From NCBI GenBank assembly GCA_965223155.1, contig CBDCVR010000015.1:1120001-1184000 (forward strand): a DNA stretch of 64,000 nt. The letters are read 5' to 3'. Positions within the stretch are counted from its first letter, which is position 1. Every line of letters begins with the position of its first letter. Made by a program: the position numbers and the translations under genes. The DNA is from Candidatus Multivoradales bacterium. GTDB lineage: Bacteria > Acidobacteriota > Thermoanaerobaculia > Multivoradales > JAHEKO01. Below, in pieces: positions 37,278-46,395 of this stretch. The notes beneath the pieces are model-generated. The model ran no database searches. It saw nothing but the letters and a program-made list of their open reading frames with translations, and was not told where the DNA came from.

Positions 37278-40195
37278 GACGAGACTGCGGAGGCAGTCGG
37301 CTCCTGACAGGGCTGAGCACAGTGTGCCTAGTCCTGATTCCTGCCATGGTTGCGACGCCCGCAAGCTCGACGGACACGCTCTCCGCGGTTGTGGCCATGC
37401 TTTCGTCCCCGGAATCCGCAACACGCGCTCAGGGTCTCAATGCACTAGACTCCGACTGGCCATCCTTCGGGATAGATCACCTCGACACGATCTGGGGGCT
37501 TGTCCTGCCTCTCCTGGACGATCCCGACCTTGGCGTGCGCCTGGACGCGGCCCACACGCTCTTCCAAGCGGTGACCGTTAACCAGCGGCCGGAAGCCTTC
37601 GGCGCTTCGAACGCACAAGTCGGTGTTGCGGCCGACAACGTAGCGAGCTTCAACGAACGGCTGCCGGACATCCTCGGTCGCCTGGATACCGTGGCACCGG
37701 ACACTCGGGGCGACTTCTACACAGTTCTTGCCCACTGGCCGGACCTGCCGGCATCCGCGGTCCACGAGATCCTCCCGCCTCTTGACGAAACCGACACGGA
37801 GGTCCTGCGCATGTCCTTCGTTGCGCTGGCTGGCGTTCGTCCACGGGATGGATTGATCGTTGCCGAGCTCCTGCGGCGTTGCGAGGAGGACATCTCGGAC
37901 TTCTATGCAGTCGAAGCTCTAGGCTGGATGTATAGTAAGCGGAATCCTCTCGATTTCTTACCCGTACCCGAGCCGCCGCAAGAAGTTTTGGACGCTCTCC
38001 TGGCGGAGCTTGGCGATCCGGAAGCGAGTCACCGAGCAGTCGCAGCTAGGGCACTCTCGGGAATCGCAATCGGCAACGAAGCAATCTCCGAGATGCTCGC
38101 ATTGCTTCGAGATACGGATCCGTCAGAGGAGGTGCGCAACCAAGCCTCCCACGCCCTGAAAAGCATCGAGCGCTTCGAGAAGCACCCCGAGATCGTCACC
38201 CACCCGGCGTCGACCAACGCGGTCGTAGGGTCCACGGGACTCCTGTCTTGCTCGGCTACCGGAGGCGAGCCGCTGACCTATCACTGGGTCAAGGACGGCG
38301 TCGCCCTCGACGACGGCCCTGCCGGCACAGGCGCGACGCTCCAGGGCACCGCGACCGCGACCTTGACCATCCAGTCCGTCCAGAGCGAAGACGCCGGAGA
38401 GTACGTGTGTGGCGTGTCCAACGAGTGGGGGATCATCACCTCGAATCCGGCATTCGTTCGGGTGGGTAGTGCGCCGTCGATTACGGCCGGCCTGGCCGCA
38501 GCTTCGGTCGCCACCGGTTCTAGCTTCACTCTCGCTTGCACCGCCACGGGCACCGAACCGCTAGCTTTCACCTGGACGAAAGACGGTGCCGCGCTCTCGG
38601 ATACCGCGACTCTGTCGGGCACCGCCTCTCCGTCCCTCCAGTTCCCAGCCGTCGCTCTAGATCACTCTGGCAGCTATCGGTGCCACGTAAACAACGACTG
38701 GGGCTCCGCGGAGTCGGTCCCAGCGCAACTGACCGTCGGCGACCCTCCGGCGATCGCCGGCGAACCGGTGTCGGTGGAATCCGCGATCGGCATGAGCGCC
38801 GTCTTTTCCTGCTCGGCCTCGGGGACAGAGCCACTCGCCTATCAATGGCTGCGGAACGGTGTCGAGCTCGTGGATGGAGCCCGAGTGACGGGCTCAGCGA
38901 CTCCGAGCGTGACGGTTTCGAGTCTGGTCGCGTCCGATGCCGGCGGGTATGCCTGCCGGGTGGCGAACGGCTTTGGCGAGGCCGTGTCGGCCTCGGCGAG
39001 TCTCGTTATCGGAAACCCGCCGCAGGTGACGAGCCAGCCGGCCCCGGCGACGGCGATCGCCGGCGGAGAGGCGAGCTTCTCGTGCGCGGCGACGGGCGAT
39101 GGCACCCTCTCGTATCTTTGGCAGAAAGACGGCGCGGATCTGGCCGATGATGCCAGCATCGAAGGCGCCGCGACCACCCAGGTTACCGTTCGGAAGATCG
39201 ATGCCTCGAGCGCGGGCACCTACCGGTGCCTCGTGTCGAGCGACTACGGACAAGCCCTGTCGGATCCGGCGGCCCTCACGTTCGAGGCCTGGCGCGCCTA
39301 TCCGGTCGCCACGGTGAGCTCGAACTGGACTTCTTCGGAGCCGGTCCATGATCAGCTCGACGATCCCACCAACTTCGTGACCTCCCGCATGACGGCTGGT
39401 ACCAGTATGAGCGATGCTCTGACGGTTCGGATGGCTCCGATGGGCGATCCTGACACCGATCTCGGGCACGAGATCCACGTCCGGGCCCGGGCACTCGACA
39501 ACGCCCCGGTGACCTTGCGCGTGCACCTGATGCGGGGAAGCACCTCGCTGACCTACCAAAACCTCGAGTTCGGCTTCGAGGAGTCGGTCGCGGTATTCGC
39601 CGTGCCTCCCGAAGCCGCCACGAATCTCGAAGACTACGGCGACGTCCAGATCAAGGTGGTCAAGTTCCATGAGATCACGGGCAACAACTCGGATCGTCGG
39701 GCCGAGCTCATTGAGGTCGAGTTTCGAGTCCCCGAGGTTTCCGCTCCGGTCCAGCGGGTGGCCGCTGTCGGTACGACCGCGACCAACTCCTTCTCGCCGA
39801 CACCCGTTCACGAGCAGGTCGATGATCTGACGAACGTCGTCACCTCGTCGGTTTCGGCCGGTACGTCGGACTCGTTCACCCTGGCGATGGCTCCGATGAC
39901 CGATCCGGGGACCGACGCGGACCATGTTCTCCGGGTTCGCGGCCGGGCGCTCGACAACGAGCCGGTCCGCCTTCGGATCGTGCTGCTCCAGGGCGGCACG
40001 ACCCTCAAGTACTGGGGCCGCGATCTCTACTTCCAGGAATCGACGATGCGGGTTGCGATCCCGGCCTCGGTGGCCTCGGGCTTGACTGACTACTCGGACG
40101 TGCGCGTTCGGATCGTTAAGTTCAATGAGCTCTGGAACGAGAACAACCGGCGCGCCGAGATCAACTGGATCGAACTCGAAGCCCCGCTGCCCTAG
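37274..40195 (+). CDS. Secreted HEAT-repeat + 4 I-set Ig-like domains + duplicated C-terminal domain
   Basis: ATGA overlap; signal peptide; LLDDPDLGVRLDAAHTL and DPSEEVRNQASHAL; four C..W.(K/R)(D/N)G..G.Y.C domains; two ~150-aa repeats. Confidence 0.8.
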   Translation: MRRDCGGSRLLTGLSTVCLVLIPAMVATPASSTDTLSAVVAMLSSPESATRAQGLNALDSDWPSFGIDHLDTIWGLVLPLLDDPDLGVRLDAAHTLFQAVTVNQRPEAFGASNAQVGVAADNVASFNERLPDILGRLDTVAPDTRGDFYTVLAHWPDLPASAVHEILPPLDETDTEVLRMSFVALAGVRPRDGLIVAELLRRCEEDISDFYAVEALGWMYSKRNPLDFLPVPEPPQEVLDALLAELGDPEASHRAVAARALSGIAIGNEAISEMLALLRDTDPSEEVRNQASHALKSIERFEKHPEIVTHPASTNAVVGSTGLLSCSATGGEPLTYHWVKDGVALDDGPAGTGATLQGTATATLTIQSVQSEDAGEYVCGVSNEWGIITSNPAFVRVGSAPSITAGLAAASVATGSSFTLACTATGTEPLAFTWTKDGAALSDTATLSGTASPSLQFPAVALDHSGSYRCHVNNDWGSAESVPAQLTVGDPPAIAGEPVSVESAIGMSAVFSCSASGTEPLAYQWLRNGVELVDGARVTGSATPSVTVSSLVASDAGGYACRVANGFGEAVSASASLVIGNPPQVTSQPAPATAIAGGEASFSCAATGDGTLSYLWQKDGADLADDASIEGAATTQVTVRKIDASSAGTYRCLVSSDYGQALSDPAALTFEAWRAYPVATVSSNWTSSEPVHDQLDDPTNFVTSRMTAGTSMSDALTVRMAPMGDPDTDLGHEIHVRARALDNAPVTLRVHLMRGSTSLTYQNLEFGFEESVAVFAVPPEAATNLEDYGDVQIKVVKFHEITGNNSDRRAELIEVEFRVPEVSAPVQRVAAVGTTATNSFSPTPVHEQVDDLTNVVTSSVSAGTSDSFTLAMAPMTDPGTDADHVLRVRGRALDNEPVRLRIVLLQGGTTLKYWGRDLYFQESTMRVAIPASVASGLTDYSDVRVRIVKFNELWNENNRRAEINWIELEAPLP

Positions 40196-40227
40196 CCCGC
40201 CCGCGAGAACCTTCCTTCGCGCCGCCC

Positions 40228-40803
40228 TCAAGCGCGGTCGAGGTCGCGGACGGGGGTGGAGCTGGCGAGCTCGAGCTCGACGATGGCGTCGGGGTGGGTG
40301 GCGAAGAGCTGGCGGCCGCCCCGGTCGCCGGTGATGGCGGCGAGATCGCCAAAGAGGGCGCGGTCGAAGAGGACGGGGGCAAAGCGGTGTCCACGATAGG
40401 CCGGCACCACGATAGGTCCGCCGGTAGCGGCGTAGGTGTCGAGGATGCGATCCAGGGTCGCGGCGTCGAGGTCCGGGAGGTCGCAGGGGATGAAGAGGGC
40501 GGCGTCGGCGTCGGGTGCGACGGCGTCGAGGCCGCGGCGCACGGACGTGGACTGGCCGGAGGCGAAGTCTCGGTTCTCGGCGATCTCGACCGCCAGTCCG
40601 GCGAGGACGGCCTCGATCTCGGCGGCGCGGTGACCGGTGACGACGAGGATCTGGCGCAGCCGCGAGGCGAGCGCGGTCCGGGCAGTCCGCCGGACGAGAG
40701 GCTCGCCGTCGATCGCGTGAAGCTGCTTCGGGGCTGCGCCGCCGAAGCGGGTCGATCGGCCCGCGGCCAGGATGACGCCGGTGACGTTGACCGAGTGGGG
40801 CAT
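40228..40803 (-). CDS. mocA: Molybdenum cofactor cytidylyltransferase MocA-like
   Basis: ILAAGRSTRFG..KQL, GQSTS, PCDLP, PVLF, GDRGGR. Confidence 0.85.
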   Translation of the reverse strand: MPHSVNVTGVILAAGRSTRFGGAAPKQLHAIDGEPLVRRTARTALASRLRQILVVTGHRAAEIEAVLAGLAVEIAENRDFASGQSTSVRRGLDAVAPDADAALFIPCDLPDLDAATLDRILDTYAATGGPIVVPAYRGHRFAPVLFDRALFGDLAAITGDRGGRQLFATHPDAIVELELASSTPVRDLDRA

Positions 40804-40869
40804 CACGGATCGACTATCTCGCTTGGCTGGCCGTGGCCGCTTCGAACCGGCCACGCCGAGCCGGGCGCG

Positions 40870-41988
40870 TCACGCGGGCCGGTTCTCGCCGGCCGCGCCT
40901 GGCTCCGGGAACTCCGGGAGCTCCGGGAGTTCCGGGAGCTTGCCGTAGCGGGCGGCGACGATCTCGGCCAGAACGGCAAGGGCGATCTCTTCGGCCCGGC
41001 GCCCGCCCAAGTCGAGCCCGATCGGGTTGTGAATGCGGGCGATCTCGGCGGCCGAAAAGCCGGCCTCTTCGAGGGCCGCGACGCGCTTGGCGTGGGTCTT
41101 CTTCGAGCCCAGAGCACCGATGTAGCGGGCCGGGCTGCGCAAGGCGACCTCGAGAGCGGGCAGCTCGATCTTGAGGTCGTGGGCGAGAAGGGCGAAATAG
41201 GTACCTTCGGTGATCGCTCGTCCGGCGAGGGCCTCTCCCGGCCACAGGCCGAGGAGCTCGTCGGCGCCGGCGAACCGTTCGGCGGTGGCAAAGGCTGCGC
41301 GTGGATCGATGACGACGGTGCGGAAGTCCAGCTCGCGCGCGAGTCGGATCAGGTGGATCGCCACGTGGACGGCGCCCAGGATCACGATCTCGGCGGGCGG
41401 CAGGAAGACGTCGAAGAAGACCTCGACCGGCTCCGGCTCGGCCGCGATCCGTGCAAGCGCAGAGGTGCCGGCGGCCAGGCGCTCGCGAGCGGCCGCGGTC
41501 AGGTGGCCGCGGTCGAGCTCCTGGCTTTCTGTAGCGGCGTTCGAGCCAAGAAGGCCGCCGTCGCCGTCGAAAAGAAAGTGCGCGCCCGTGGCGGCTCCGG
41601 AAACCACAGTCGCCAGGATCCGGGTCTCGCCGGCCGCGATCGCCGCGCGAAGGCCGGTCAGGGGCGAGTCGGATGCGGGATCGAAGGGCTCGATCCAGAC
41701 GTCGAGCGAGCCACCGCAGGACAGTCCAAGGCTCCAGGCCAGATCGTTCGAAACGCCGTAGGCGGAGAGCTTCGGCCGGCCGCTGTCGAGAACTTCGAGG
41801 GCTTCCTCGACCACCGCTCCTTCGACGCAGCCGCCGGAGACCGAGCCCGCCATCTCGCCATCCGAGGAGATCGCCATCTTGGCTCCCACCGGTCGCGGCG
41901 CCGAGCCCCATGCCCGGACCACCGTAGCCAGGGCGGCCTTCTTGCCCGCCGCGCTCCAGGCGTCGACTTGCTCGAGAAGCTCGCGCAT
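40870..41988 (-). CDS. xdhC: XdhC/CoxI Moco-insertion chaperone
   Basis: GSAPRPVGAKM, GSVSGGCVE, GLSCGG, YIGALGS, PIGLDLG..EEIA. Confidence 0.9.
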   Translation of the reverse strand: MRELLEQVDAWSAAGKKAALATVVRAWGSAPRPVGAKMAISSDGEMAGSVSGGCVEGAVVEEALEVLDSGRPKLSAYGVSNDLAWSLGLSCGGSLDVWIEPFDPASDSPLTGLRAAIAAGETRILATVVSGAATGAHFLFDGDGGLLGSNAATESQELDRGHLTAAARERLAAGTSALARIAAEPEPVEVFFDVFLPPAEIVILGAVHVAIHLIRLARELDFRTVVIDPRAAFATAERFAGADELLGLWPGEALAGRAITEGTYFALLAHDLKIELPALEVALRSPARYIGALGSKKTHAKRVAALEEAGFSAAEIARIHNPIGLDLGGRRAEEIALAVLAEIVAARYGKLPELPELPEFPEPGAAGENRPA

Positions 41989-41992
41989 GGAT

Positions 41993-43219
41993 CTAGGGGG
42001 AGCTTGCCGCTCGGGTGATGAGAACCACGGCGACGGTATAGGCGGCGAGCGCCAGTGCCCACAACCAGGGACGAAGCGGCGGCGAGAGTATGGTTTGCTT
42101 CCAGCTCGCAAGCGTGCTTCTGGCTCGTGCCGCGAGCTTCGCCGCGCCTTCCGGAGGGCTGATCCGCGGCCGGGGCATCGAGGACGCCGGGGCGGTCGAA
42201 TCCGTAGCGTCGGCTCCGACTGCCGTCTGGGGCGTCGCTGGGTCGGCGCCGGACGTTGCGGGCGGGTCGGTCTCGGCCGCCGGGGCGGTTGGCGCTGGCT
42301 TCGAGATCGGCGCCGACTGGGGGGTACTAGCTCGAGCAGCCTTGCGCTGAGCTGTGACGGCCGGAGCCTTGGAAGGCTGAGCCCGGGTGGGAACGGGATC
42401 GGAAGCCGGAGCTGGAGACGCCGCAGCTGGACGCGGCTTAGAAGAGGGTTCTCCGCCGGCCGGCTGCGGAGCTGTCGGTTCGGGTCGTGGGTTTCTTTGC
42501 TGGCTTTGCTGGCTCGGCTGGCCTTGAGGACCAGGCGTGCTTTGACGATTCCGAGGCGACGGATCGCTCGCTGCTGTCGCTCCCGACGGGCTGGCCGAGC
42601 GCTCGGAGGCTGGCGCCGGGGCCGGTCGCGCCCAAAGCGGGCCGGCCTTGCCGGGCGGCTTGGGAGTGGACTCGGGGAGTGGCTGGCTTGATTCGACTTC
42701 GGATGGAGGGCTCGCGGCTCTGCTAGCTCTGTTGGCCTTGAACCCCGTGCCGGTCTCGACCTGCCCGGCCGGGCCGGGGGTCCCGGATTCCAGCCCGCGG
42801 GCGATGGCTTCGAGAGTCCGTTGCGCCAGGGAGCGCGCGAAGGTCTGAAGCGGTCCGTCGCCGGCCGATGCCAGACGTCCGCGAATCCGAATATCCGCGT
42901 CGAAGAGCAGGCGCGTGCCTCCGGCTCGGGGCTCGAGCAGGATGATGCCCTCGCCGTCGACCAGCCCCGCCGCACCCATGGCGCCAGCGGTGACCCGGTA
43001 ACTCACCGGCGGGTGTAGATCCTTGAGTTCGAGGGTGCCCTGAAAGTCGCTGGCGATCGAGCCCACCGCGACGCTCAGGGCGCACTCATACTCGCGGGTT
43101 CCGATGGGCTGCACGCGGGCCAGGCCGGGCATGCTGGCGGCCAGAGTCGCGGGGTCGAGGACGGCCCGCCAGACCGCCTCCGGCGCCGCCTTGAATTGGT
43201 GCTCGCCCTGAATCTTCAC
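41993..43219 (-). CDS. coxG: CoxG (SRPBCC) protein with long Pro/Ala/Ser linker and C-terminal membrane anchor
   Basis: MKIQGEHQF.A.PEAVW..LDP..L..SMPG; about 200-aa low-complexity linker; terminal TM WLWALALAAYTVAVVLI. Confidence 0.75.
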   Translation of the reverse strand: MKIQGEHQFKAAPEAVWRAVLDPATLAASMPGLARVQPIGTREYECALSVAVGSIASDFQGTLELKDLHPPVSYRVTAGAMGAAGLVDGEGIILLEPRAGGTRLLFDADIRIRGRLASAGDGPLQTFARSLAQRTLEAIARGLESGTPGPAGQVETGTGFKANRASRAASPPSEVESSQPLPESTPKPPGKAGPLWARPAPAPASERSASPSGATAASDPSPRNRQSTPGPQGQPSQQSQQRNPRPEPTAPQPAGGEPSSKPRPAAASPAPASDPVPTRAQPSKAPAVTAQRKAARASTPQSAPISKPAPTAPAAETDPPATSGADPATPQTAVGADATDSTAPASSMPRPRISPPEGAAKLAARARSTLASWKQTILSPPLRPWLWALALAAYTVAVVLITRAASSP

Positions 43220-43397
43220 GGCGCCGGCAAGTTTGCCACACGGCTCGTGATCCGCATGCCCTTGGTGAGCGGTGCGGGCCGGCCGACCTGCTCAGGAGCC
43301 AAGCCCGTAGAATCGTCCTGATGCTTCGATCGCTCCGACAGCCGCGCGCACGACGCCTGCGACGCCTACGATGGCCGCGATGCTCGCGAGAGCCGCG

Positions 43398-43931
43398 ATG
43401 ATGGGACGACTCAGGAAGTTCGCGCGCCTGGGGCGCTCGGAGCGCCGGCTCCTGATCGAGGCCGCTTGGAACCTGGCACGTGCCCGCGCGGCGCTGGCGG
43501 TGGTTCCCTTCCGGCGCATCGCTCCCGGCTTGGGCATCCGTCAAGGCGCCCTGGCGGAGGAAGCCCACGGAGCGGGGATCGACGCGCCGCCGCTGGCGGC
43601 GGGGCCGCCGGAGGCCGAGCGGCTGCCCGACCGCGTCGCCTGGGCCATCGCCCACGCGGCTCCGGCAGTGCCCTGGCAGACGCAGTGTCTGGTGCGGGCG
43701 ATGGCGGCCAAGGCGATGCTGCGGCGGCGGGGCGCTCCGGCGACTCTCTATCTGGGCACCGCTCGAGACGACGAGGGCATCTTCAAGGCCCACGCCTGGC
43801 TCCGGAGCGGCGAGTGCACCGTCACCGGCGGCCGTATCGCCGAGCGCTATTCCGTGATCGCCCAGTTCGCCGAGAGGCCGGCCGAAGAAGCCCTGGCCGA
43901 CTCCGAGCGAGCGTCCAGAAACGAGTGCTGA
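43398..43931 (+). CDS. Lasso peptide B2-like (transglutaminase-like) protease
   Basis: LLIEAA, PWQTQCLVRAMA..MLRRRG, LYLG, AHAWL. Confidence 0.85.
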   Translation: MMGRLRKFARLGRSERRLLIEAAWNLARARAALAVVPFRRIAPGLGIRQGALAEEAHGAGIDAPPLAAGPPEAERLPDRVAWAIAHAAPAVPWQTQCLVRAMAAKAMLRRRGAPATLYLGTARDDEGIFKAHAWLRSGECTVTGGRIAERYSVIAQFAERPAEEALADSERASRNEC

Positions 43932-43976
43932 CGGGACCGACGCTGGCCGGACGGAACCCGTCGAGCTAGCTCGGCG

Positions 43977-45440
43977 CTAGCGCACCGAGAAATCGACCAC
44001 CAGGGCCAGGTGGTCTGAAGCTCGGTCGGAGTCAGGCCGGTTGAGGCCGGCCTGGCGCAGTGCCTTGCCCGGCAGAAACTTGGTGTCGAGCACGAAGCCG
44101 CGCTCGCGTGCCAAGGCATCGCCGGTATAGAGAACCAGGTCCAAGCGCCCGGGCGCGAAGCGCGAGCTGGCGCGCCGCCAGGTGTAGGCCATGCGCCGGT
44201 GACTGTGACGGAGCGGCTCGTCCCGAAGCGATCCCTCGGCGCGGCCAGGAGCGAAATTGGGACCCTTGCCGGGATCGGTCAGGATGCCGTCGCGGATCGC
44301 CCGGAGCTGGCGGGTGAATCCCACCAGGTTGTAGTCGCCGGCGAAGATCGCGGCGTCCTCGGCATCGATCGAGAACGGGCCCGAGCCGTCGAGGAGATCG
44401 CGCCAGGTGGTCGCCAGGTTGTCGAACTCCCGGTCTCGCTCGACCTCATTGTCGCAGCAAGGCGGGTGCATGTTGAAGAGCACCAGGTCCCGTCCCATGC
44501 GGTTGGGCAGATCGATGTGGGTGACCAGGTTGCCGTCCACCGGGCTCCAGGAGACGATCGGGAAACGGCTCACGGTGATGACGTCGAATTGTTGCTGGGC
44601 GGACCAGGCGCCGCCGAGCACGCCCTCGACGAACTCGCGAGCTCGGGAGGCATTCCAGCCTTCGAGCTCCTGGAAGGCGATGACGTCGGGCTTTGCCGCC
44701 TTGAGGATCCGCCGGAAGACCTCGATGCGGTTGTCGGGGGTCTCCTCGACGTTGAGCGACAGCAGGCGCAGGTCCGTGCCCTTGGCGCGGGCCAAAGGAA
44801 TCGGCGCGGGCTCGTCCGGCCGCGTGCGGGCGAACTTGTAGCGCACCGCGCCGCTCGCAGGAAGCCGGTCGCCGCCCGGGACGGCTTCCTCCAGAAAGAG
44901 TCGGATCTTCTTGCGGCGCTTGGCGCCTTCGACCGGACGGAAGGCTTCCGGCAGCTCGATGCGGATCTCGAACTGGCTGGATGAGTGGGTGGGCATGCCC
45001 AGAGCCGACCCGGTGCCGGGCGAGACCAAGGTCTCGTGGCCCCGGGCGTCGTAGCGCCGCACCGAGCGGCCGCCGAAGCGGACCTCGAGATCGACTCCCA
45101 GGGCCCCGACCGGAAGACCGGTGCCCCGCTTGTTGTCGAGATCCAGATACAAGCGCAGATCGTTGCCGGCGTCGCCCTCGGGTGGATTCTGGAGGATGGT
45201 CTCCCGCCCGACTTCGAGGCGGAGATAAAGGGCCTCTCCGTCGTCGCCCAGCCACAGCCGGCCCAAGTCGAGACCTCCCGCCGGCCCGTCGCCGGAAGCG
45301 TCCTTCCTGCCCAGCTTGGCGCCCCGCCACTCATCGAAGCGTCCATCGGGAACGCCGGCAAGCTGCTTAGCCTCAGCCGTTCCGGACGAGACCAGCAGGG
45401 TCAGCGTCAGAACCGCCAGCGCTGGGGCGAAACGCGGCAC
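43977..45440 (-). CDS. Secreted EEP family protein with N-terminal accessory domain
   Basis: Signal peptide; LLSLNV, PDVIAFQE, GDYN, RLDLVLY, SDHL. Confidence 0.85.
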   Translation of the reverse strand: MPRFAPALAVLTLTLLVSSGTAEAKQLAGVPDGRFDEWRGAKLGRKDASGDGPAGGLDLGRLWLGDDGEALYLRLEVGRETILQNPPEGDAGNDLRLYLDLDNKRGTGLPVGALGVDLEVRFGGRSVRRYDARGHETLVSPGTGSALGMPTHSSSQFEIRIELPEAFRPVEGAKRRKKIRLFLEEAVPGGDRLPASGAVRYKFARTRPDEPAPIPLARAKGTDLRLLSLNVEETPDNRIEVFRRILKAAKPDVIAFQELEGWNASRAREFVEGVLGGAWSAQQQFDVITVSRFPIVSWSPVDGNLVTHIDLPNRMGRDLVLFNMHPPCCDNEVERDREFDNLATTWRDLLDGSGPFSIDAEDAAIFAGDYNLVGFTRQLRAIRDGILTDPGKGPNFAPGRAEGSLRDEPLRHSHRRMAYTWRRASSRFAPGRLDLVLYTGDALARERGFVLDTKFLPGKALRQAGLNRPDSDRASDHLALVVDFSVR

Positions 45441-45641
45441 GGCGCGACTCTACCAAGCAGGCTATGCATGGGCGTCGGCACCTAATCTTGCGGCTGGATC
45501 CTCTTGTTGCGAGTGGCCGAAATTCGAGGCTCCCGACGTCGAGCACCTCAAGGGTTCGGACCTCGACGGGAGACAATTTGATGGTGCGAGCCAGGATTGG
45601 GGCGCGAGCATGAGGCGCTTCGCTGCGCCGAGACCTCCTGC

Positions 45642-46037
45642 CTAGTAGGTAAGGACCTCGAGATTCGGGACGCGGCCGAAGTGACCGTGGTTCCGGGTCA
45701 CGAGCGGCAAGCCCTGCGCGCGGGCCGTGGCCGCGATCCACAAGTCGTTGGTACCAATGAGGAGACCATTACGGGCGAGAAATCGATAGTTCTCTCCGTA
45801 GTGCCAGCTGACCTCGAGCGACCACGGAAGAACTTCGAAGGAGCTCAGGAATCTCCGCCACCGAGACGAGTCGGCCAGAGACTGCCCGGCGGCCAGCTCG
45901 CCGGCAATCGTAAACGTTATGGCCAAGCGTGCGTCGCTGCGCTCTTCGAGGAAGGTCTGAGCCGGGCCGGACTCGCCCCGAGCCAGCTCCCGATCGAGAT
46001 CGATCAGAAACGTGGTCTCAAGAATCAGGTCCGCCAC
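45642..46037 (-). CDS. vapC: VapC PIN-domain toxin
   Basis: ILETTFLID, GEL, IGTNDLWIAATA, LVTRN..HF.RVP.L. Confidence 0.92.
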   Translation of the reverse strand: MADLILETTFLIDLDRELARGESGPAQTFLEERSDARLAITFTIAGELAAGQSLADSSRWRRFLSSFEVLPWSLEVSWHYGENYRFLARNGLLIGTNDLWIAATARAQGLPLVTRNHGHFGRVPNLEVLTY

Positions 46038-46261
46038 TTGTCTACCGGAGGAGCATCCTGGGACTTGGAGCGATCGATGTCCTCGAGCGAGAGCACGGAC
46101 TCACGCCGCCGGCACGCTTCGAGAAACTCCCCAGCGGTCTTCGGTTCCTCGGGCCACATCCCGCGCAGAACGACCTGGCTGAAGGACTCGTCCGGACTGC
46201 GCTTGGCCCTCTTGAGCTTCTCGTAGGCTGCGATCTTGAGGGAGATGGTCTTGGTGGCCAT
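46025..46261 (-). CDS. vapB: VapB-type antitoxin
   Basis: MATKTISL..AYEKL...K..ESFSQVV; overlaps the vapC start. Confidence 0.85.
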   Translation of the reverse strand: MATKTISLKIAAYEKLKRAKRSPDESFSQVVLRGMWPEEPKTAGEFLEACRRRESVLSLEDIDRSKSQDAPPVDKWRT

Positions 46262-46296
46262 GCACAGATCATGCATGGTGCACTTTTGGGTGTCAA
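46262..46296 (-). promoter_or_regulatory. Sigma70 promoter for a leaderless vapBC mRNA
   Basis: TTGACA-N17-CATGAT-N6-ATG on the minus strand; repeated TGCA palindromes are a candidate operator. Confidence 0.7.
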
Positions 46297-46395
46297 GCGT
46301 TGCCGCTCCCGGACGAAGGCTTGTCGGGAGAAACGCCGAAGCCCACTAGGGAAACCGACTCTGAGCGCCGCCAAGTCTCGCGGCGCTGCCTGCCC

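Noticed and set aside
40870-42975. 701-aa XdhC with a long N-terminal extension
   Set aside because: The extension is an alternative frame of coxG; family similarity starts at ATG 41988.
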